Source: the human T2T-CHM13v2.0 reference genome, Homo sapiens. Taken from it: a DNA stretch of 64,000 nucleotides. Positions 51,898-64,000 of the stretch are shown here, in pieces. The notes below the pieces were generated by a model. The model made no database searches. It was given only the letters and a program-made list of their open reading frames with translations, and was not told the origin of the DNA. Positions within the stretch are counted from its first letter, which is position 1. The number at the start of each line of letters is the position of its first letter. The position numbers were made by a program, and so were the translations under genes. Location: the NCBI RefSeq assembly GCF_009914755.1, contig NC_060930.1. One strand, written 5' to 3'.

Positions 51898-52188
51898 TTT
51901 TTTTTTTTTTTTTTTTTTTTTTTGAGACAGGGTCTTGCTTTGTCACTGAGGCTGGGATGCAGCCTCAAACTTCTGGGCTCAAGTGATCCTTCCCCTGCTA
52001 GCCTCCCAAGTAGCTAGGACTACAGGAGTACATCACCATGCCTGGCTAATTTTGGTTTTTGTTTTTGTGTGGAGACGGGGTCTCACTATGTTGCACAGGC
52101 TGGTATTGAACCCTTGGGCCCAAGTGGTCTTCCTGCCTCAGCCTCCTAAAGCACTAGGACTACAGGTGTGAGCCACTGTGCCTGGCCT
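51898..52188 (-). mobile_element. AluJ
   Basis: Reverse Alu; gttatgtt on both flanks. Confidence 0.85.
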
Positions 52189-52993
52189 GGTTATGTTCTT
52201 TGGTTTGCCTTACTGACACTACCATTATTGCCATGAGGCAGAAGTCTGACCCCTCTAGGACAGTCTAAGACACAGGCATCTGGGGATGGGGACTTGGAAA
52301 GCAGCCACTTTGCAATGGGAATGCTGTGACTGAGGATTCTCGGCTATGGGCAGCATAAGACCACTGGGTACCCAGTGGGTATGAAGGAAGTGAGAAGAGT
52401 TTCAGGGCAAGCTGTATAAGAGGTTATGTGACATTAAATAGGAAGTTTGTAGTAACCTACTTTTTATGCAACATGGCTCTGCCTGTTATTGAAAAGCATC
52501 TTACTTTAGCTGCTTGACCACTGAGAATCTATAAGAATGACCTCAGGGTCAAATATATGTAAGAAAATTGGGTGATTCATATTGCAACAGTGACTACTTC
52601 TTTGCGTACCTGCCCCTCAGTATGAGGTAGAAGAATCTCCGTCCCTGTTTTTAGCTTAGGATTATTTAAGAGACCTCCTGGCTTGATGCATACCTGGCCA
52701 GAAAGGGAATGAATGACTGTTGTGCACTGAATGCATATCCCTGCATCATAAGTCCAGTTTCTGAAGCTAAGTTTGTTATGACCTCTTGGACAACAGATCC
52801 CACCAGTAAATGTGGTTAAATGTCTTTAGCTTATTCAGCCATGGCAGAAGGTAATGGTGTCGAGTTTTTTGTGTTTAATGTCATACACTCATCATCTAAG
52901 GCCGGTAACAGCTTGGGACAACATAAAAAAATGAGGTTGATTCAAGTCACAGAGAGAAAGTTTAAATGGAGAGAGCCTGAACTATGTTGCTGA

Positions 52994-53296
<303 letters not shown>

Positions 53297-53709
53297 GCTG
53301 ATTTCTTAATCTGTGGCAAGGACTACTAGTTGCCTTTCCAAATTCCATTTTCAACTTTTCCTTTAGCAACAGAACATTAGCTTAGTTAAAGGCTATACTC
53401 AGCCTCCTTTGCGGTCAAGCTGATGTAAGTCAAAGTGTTGTGGGAAGCTCCAGAAAGGCTATTGAACTTGGCCCTTTAAGAAAGGGTAGACATTTTGTTT
53501 CTTTCTCCTTTCCTCTTTCTGCTGGTCTCAGACGTAATGGCTGGGATTCTAGCAGGCATCTTGGACCGTGAAGTGATATTGAAAATAGAAGCCTGACGTG
53601 AGATCACAGAGCAGGAAGACAGAATAAGCTCAAATCCTGAGTGACTCAAGCAACTGCAAGGCATGCATGATTGTGTGCGGACTTGAAAAGTTTATTTATT
53701 TAAAAGCTT

Positions 53710-54361
<652 letters not shown>

Positions 54362-55964
54362 TGAAGTAATTTTTGAGATTGGAATGATAATGTGGATATC
54401 AGCAGATTCTGAGACTCAGAAAGCATCCAGATAATGACACTGTCCCTGAAGGCTGCACTCTCTGGCTTTACTTCTGAGGAAATAAGTGGAACTCCAGCCT
54501 TCCACACTTCCCTCCCTCCACCAAATTGAAAGGTACTTCTCAAAGTAATCAGCGGAAATTACAATGAGCTTAGCAGCAGAGAGCTGGAGGCTAAATAAAT
54601 GTGCCTTTAAATTTGACCTGTAGGTGAGCTGGATTGAGGCAGAACAAGGGTGGCTTTTAGATTTTTATTTTCCCTGAGCACATTTAATGCATGGGTAGCT
54701 GGGGAGAATCAGTGGGGGATAAAAACCCAACCTGATTTCCCAGGCTATCAATTCTGTCTACTTGACAGTGATTTCTCCCTTCCCTAGAGTGTTTTATAGG
54801 TTCTGTTAGTTGCAACCCTTTTTTCAAAGTCTTAGAATACTAACCTTTAATTTTATTTTAGAATGCATACTATAAAGATTGTGATTTATGGATCAATGTC
54901 TCATATTCATGAATAGCACTAGCTCATGGTATTAATGGGGAAAGGCAGATGAAATGGAAAGGAGCCGGAGGGTAGGCTGTGGTGGGGCACACTGTGAGGG
55001 GCAGAACTTGGGAAGCGGCCCAGGCGCTGAAGTCTTACCATGTGCTCCAGCAGTATGGACATTCACCCTTCGCTTCAGTGTCTTTGATATGTTGGCATGA
55101 TTTCCTATTAAGAAGACCCAAATCATTTCAAATGACTGGTGATGTGTGTGAGAGTTTGCAGAACTGTATGTGTCTATGGCTGTGGAGAAAGAATGGGGGG
55201 GAACTCACTTCATTAATATTTTACAGTAACAACTACTTCTGAAAGGTTTTAAATGTAACTCGTGAAAAGCACCAACTTTCGTACATAACATTTTCTCCTT
55301 TCGAGATTGCTAATTTGTGGTGCAGTTTGCTATAAGATCATCTTGTTTTGCACTCTATCAATTTAATTCTGTTCTTTTATTTAAATTGCTCTGGTTCCTC
55401 CCTGTCCTTCAACAATCATTATTATTAGTAGCCTAACCACAGGTATATATCTAGATTATGTTGTCTACTCTAATTAAAATACACAATTGTTTTCATGTTT
55501 GAGTATTCATGCATCTCATATAATTTATTCCTTTGGAGTCTATCCAGTTTGCAAAACAGACAAAATTTTGAATGATTAAGGGCTGAATAAAATATTTTCT
55601 TTCCATTGCAAATTCAATTATGTTTTGTACTTTGCATTGGATAACAACTTAAGTTTCCTAAAAAGGCAAAAAATTTCAACACATCAATAAGCTGGACATG
55701 TACTGCATGACATTCCAGGTTCTTAGAAAATGAGATTGGAAATAGAACAAATGAATTGTGTCATTAGCACTGCCTCTTACTGGTTCCATGAAAGGAATAA
55801 AAAGGATTACTGCTTTACTCAGTAAGGGGAAAACTCTAAGACTTAGAACTTAAGGTGGACACAGCCTCTCTTAATTTCAAAGGAGCTACATTTTGAGCCA
55901 GATTTAGTGTGACCAGTTGTTCCAGTTTGCCTGGGATTGGGGGTGGGGGGTGGTTTTCTGAGAC

Positions 55965-56116
55965 ATAAGGCTTGGTCTTTCTGGCCACCAGCCCCCATCC
56001 TGAAGCTACCTAGGAGCTTATATGCTCCTGTAACTATTCAAAAAATTCCAAAAGTGTTTGGAGTTCTGTGCCAGGACCTGGGGACATAGACCAAATATGT
56101 TCCTCATTACACCACA
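55965..56116. mobile_element. MER21-type LTR fragment
   Basis: ggtctttctggccaccagcccccatcctgaagcta...tctgtgccaggacctggggacatagaccaaatat. Confidence 0.65.
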
Positions 56117-56469
56117 GCTCCAGATTAGACTCATTCTCAGCAGCTCCCATGATAAGTATGACAACAGTATTTACAAATATCCCAGGGTTTTTCATCACTC
56201 TCCTAATGAAAACACTTAGAGAAAGTGAAAACAGGAGTGTGTGCTCCACTACAAAGTCTCACCTGTGAGTCTTTTACCTCAGGAATATTGTTCCTTAGGT
56301 TAAGTCATGAGAATTGTACTCTTGGACTCACGGTCCAATCCGTTCCCTCTTTTTCAATGTCCTCGTACTGTAATTTATCCCAGCTCTCTCAAGTATCTTC
56401 TCTCTCTCTCTGCCTTTTATTTTGCTCTTAAATATTCATTAAAAAGAGTATTCATTTATTTCCACGTCC

Positions 56470-58372
56470 CTCTCTAGGTTCCCATTGATTTCTTCATCTT
56501 TAGAATCAAATTTCTTGACCATGTTGCCTACTAGTCATCTTCATTTTCTTATCTCCAGATCACTTTTCAGCACTTTCCAAGCTGGTGTTCATCTCTTCCA
56601 CTTCTTGAAACTTCTCTTGTCAGTGTTGACCTCTAACATTCCTAATCCAATGGACCCTTTTGGTCTGTTCTTTCTTGAACTTTCACCACTGTTCCACTCT
56701 GTGGTCCTCTTTTTTCCTCTTGGAGCTTTCTCTTCACTTGGCTTTCATGTATGACACCCACTTGCTCACTTGCTTTTCCTCTTACTGCTCTGGCCATTCC
56801 TTTAAAAAATGCTTTTTTGGGGCTGGGCACGGTGGCTCATGCCTGTAATCCTAGCACTTCGGGAGGCCAAGGCGGGTGGACTGCTTGAAACCAGCCTGGC
56901 CAGCATAGGGAGGCCCTGTCTCTACAAAACAAATTAGCCAGTGTGGTGGCATGTGCCTGTAGTCCCACCTACTCTGAGGGCTGAGGTGGGAGGATTGCTT
57001 AAGCCTGGGAAGTGGAGGCTGGCAGTGAGCCATTTTCATGCCATTGCATTCCAGCCTGGGCGACAGAGCAAAACCCCATCTCAAAAAACCAGAAATTCTT
57101 TTCTATTTCTTTCTTCTTTTTTCATTATTGTTCCTAAGAGGATAGGTTCTAAGCTTTCTTCACCTCAAACTTGTATTACTCTCATAGATTAAATCACATT
57201 TATGGCTTCAATAACCATAAATAAGCAGACTACTTCTAAATCAGTATTTTTACAGACTTGGTGTCAAAAAGCCTACTAGACATTTACACTATACATTTTA
57301 TCTAAAATTCAACATGCTTAAGTCTGGATTTGGGTTTTTCCCTCCAAAACCACCCAATTGCTTTGATCAGAAACAAGGAAGTAACTGTTGAGTTCCCCCA
57401 CATCTTCAACATTCTACAGATTCCCCACGAATCATTGAAAAGGGAAGCATCCTGCGTATTGCTTAAGAGAGCAGTTTTCTCATAAGTAATGTGTGAAGCT
57501 GTTCACTTCTCTCCAAACTCATTGCTACCATCTGCTCATCTCTCACCTGTACTGTAACAGGCTCTCACCTGGAAGCACTTGCATTAAATTTTGCTTCCGT
57601 TCAACCAGTTTCTTCACTGCAGCCAGGATGATGATTTAAAAAAAAAAATACAGATCTGGTAATGTCAGGTTGCCTAAAAAAGCTGCTCATGGTCCCTTGG
57701 TTCAACTCTCAAATTTACAAATTCCTTCTTTATTATCTGGCCAATCCCTTCACCCTAGTCTCAAAACACTCTTCCTCAACCTTTCTACAATCTAGCCCTA
57801 CTGAATTTTTTAAACTCTTCAAACGCACCTGCCCAATGCCCTTTAAATATGCAGTTATCTCTGTGTTGAAACTCTTTATTTTTTGATACCTGGTCATCCA
57901 GGTGTCAGCTTAAATGTCAGTTTGCGGGCCAGTGGTTGTCAATTCTTGGCTCCAAATTAGAATTAGCTGGGAAAGTTTTTTGTTTTTTTTTTTTAAATCA
58001 ATGATCCAATTTAATTGCTCTCCGATGGGGTGTGAATCAGAGTCACCTAGAGGGCTTGTTAATCCCTGTCACCTGGTAATAATGGTACTGCTATCTGGGA
58101 ACCACGCTCTGAAACCAGTGCTCTAGATTAGACTAAGTTTGAGCTCCAGCAAAGTGCTTTCACAGCACATGTGCAGCCTTTAGCACACATGCCTATCATA
58201 CTTTATTATTATTGGTTTTAAAAAATTTGTCTTTCCTGCTGAAAAGAAGGGCAGTTCTTCCTTTGTTTGGCCGGGCACCCTAGCTTTCTTGTTTACCTTG
58301 GTATCCCTTAGGGTCTAGCACTATGACTGGCGCATAATAAGAATTTACTTAATATTTGTTGAATGAATGAAT
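56470..58372 (+). mobile_element. L2 LINE remnant interrupted by Alu (56821-57090) and MER5 (57929-58125)
   Basis: Pyrimidine-rich L2 body motifs and L2 3' end aatatttgttgaatgaatgaat. Confidence 0.6.
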
Positions 58373-58909
58373 AAAAGGCTAAGTTTGGGTAAGAAAGTGG
58401 TGTCTAGATTATCCATCAATCACTTAAGGCAGTATTTTTTTTTTTTTTTCTGAGTCTGCTTGCTAGAGAATAAGGCAGTAATTAAATAGAGGTGAGACTA
58501 GGGTTTGGTATCTATTTGTAACTAGTTTCAAGTTTGTATTTTGGTTTATTCATTCAATATCTGATTGAGGACAGAACATGTGTCTTGAGATGCTTCTGCA
58601 TCCTAATTCTCGCTCTCATCTCCACCACTATGCTGCACATACGCGAAAGGCAGTAAGCAAATATATTTTGGATGATTGTGATGCAAGACAATCCCGTGAA
58701 CATCTGGAACTTATTTGTGGTGTGTATATGTGTGTGGTTACATGTTTGTGTGTGTGGTTGTGTATATTTTAGAAATGTCTTAAGCAGAATCACAGAAGAA
58801 CAGAAGTTGTAATTGTATAGTACTCCATTTCTAGACAATTTAATTCTTTAGAATTGACTATCCAGAAACTTCCTTCAGCCTGGATTGGGTTGTTGTAGAT
58901 TGAATTGCT

Positions 58910-59205
58910 TTTTTAATTTTTATTTTTTATTTTTGAGACAAGGTCTTGCTGTATTACCCAGGATGGGGTGGAGTGGTGTGAAAATAGCTCACTGCAGCCT
59001 CAACATCCTGGGTTCAAGTGATCCTGCCTCAGCCTCTTTAGTAGCCGGGGTCACAGTTGCTCACAATCATGCCTGGCTAACCTTTTATGTTTTGTAGATA
59101 TGGAGGTCTCATTATGTTGCCCAGGCTGGTATTGAACTCCTGCCCTCAAGCAATTCTCCCACCTCAGGCTCTCAAAGTGCTAGGATTATAAGTGACCAAG
59201 ACCAG
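58910..59205 (-). mobile_element. AluJ
   Basis: Diverged reverse Alu. Confidence 0.85.
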
Positions 59206-60282
59206 CTGAGTTACCTTTTTGAGGGATGTTCTAAAGTAGACCCAAACCCTTTTATTGCCTGCATGCTGTCTTGAATGTATTATTTATTGAGTGAAAGATG
59301 ATTATAAATCATAGTTTGTATTTACAAAATATTATATGCTTATTTATAGTTATATTTATTGAATACTTTCTATATGAAGCATAATCTTAGAAAAGACACA
59401 CATTTTCTGCCCTCCAGTTTTGTATGAGAGACGTGTGAGTAAGCCAATGATTACAATACAGCAGTGTAAGTGCTGGAGTAAGCATAGTAAATACGTAAAG
59501 ACTACCTTGGGAATACCCAGGTCCTACTCCCAGACAAGCAGGGACCTGCCATGTTGTGTTTTAGCAACACAGGATGTTAGTCTGAGTGGCAGTGGGGGTG
59601 TTAAGGCAGGTTATTTCTTGTCTGTGGGCCACACCCAGGGGCACATTCTGAGATTTAGAGAATGTGAAGAAATGCCAAGAAAAGAAATAGATCAGACTGT
59701 TCAGTCCTTGGGGATTCAGAGATGTGGTTCAGTAGGACCATGCACACCAGAAAATGTGCAAAACTTCATATGTATATATGTGAATCTTTTGAAATGAAAG
59801 CTCACGGTTTGATCATGTTCTCAAAGGGGCCTATGATTGCCACAAGAATTAGAACCATTGTTCTAATGTATAAACTGATGGAGGAGGGAGATGAACTGAT
59901 GAAGTGATCCTGTACCGGGATTTCCATAGGACTTTTCCCCAAATTACAGAAGTCATCTGTTGCAGATGATACATTAAAAAAATTTGTAAGTCAAACCATA
60001 CTTTGAATATGCTAGGTTAACTCACTAAGGAAACTTGGGTTGAGTTATTTTGTGAAGTAAGAAATTTAAGAAAAACATCTTTGTGTATTCATAAGTTCTG
60101 TTTTTTTTTTTATGTAGCCCTCCTATCAAGATGGCCAAAGCAATACCACTACTGCCACCATGATTACTACTCCAGTGAATTGTTCTAGAAGCTATACTTC
60201 ATGTTTATTATGTGCCAGATGCTGTACATATGTTTTTCTGATTTTCACAGCAACTATATATGACAGTTGTTATCTGCATTTC

Positions 60283-64000
<3,718 letters not shown>

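Overview
Human (hominid) non-coding genomic DNA. The species call rests on a consensus-perfect AluYb8, a human-specific subfamily. The window is very repeat-rich, with about 63 Alu copies (roughly 43 minus, 20 plus). It also holds several L1 remnants, the 3' 3.7 kb of a dead L1PA5-like element running off the right edge, ERV/MaLR solo LTRs (MER9, MER34-like, MER93-like, MER54-like, MLT1), L2/MIR, MER5 MITEs and an Alu-fragmented hAT (BLACKJACK-type) DNA transposon fossil with both termini. I recognise no intact protein-coding gene; almost all ORFs in the track are Alu, L1 or low-complexity artefacts. The antisense bias of retroelements suggests a long intron of a plus-strand gene (inference). 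The most notable items are atypical L1-machinery (TPRT) products: a U6/L1PB chimeric retrogene, a 50-nt SVA remnant carrying an apparent 3' transduction, an 8-nt 'micro-Alu', and one endonuclease site used twice. There is also a candidate TATA/Inr alternative first exon at ~20.35-20.54 kb, a few candidate micro-exons and a CTCF-like motif. I found no convincing previously undescribed biological system. Repeat boundaries and subfamily names are by eye from remembered consensus sequences and are approximate.
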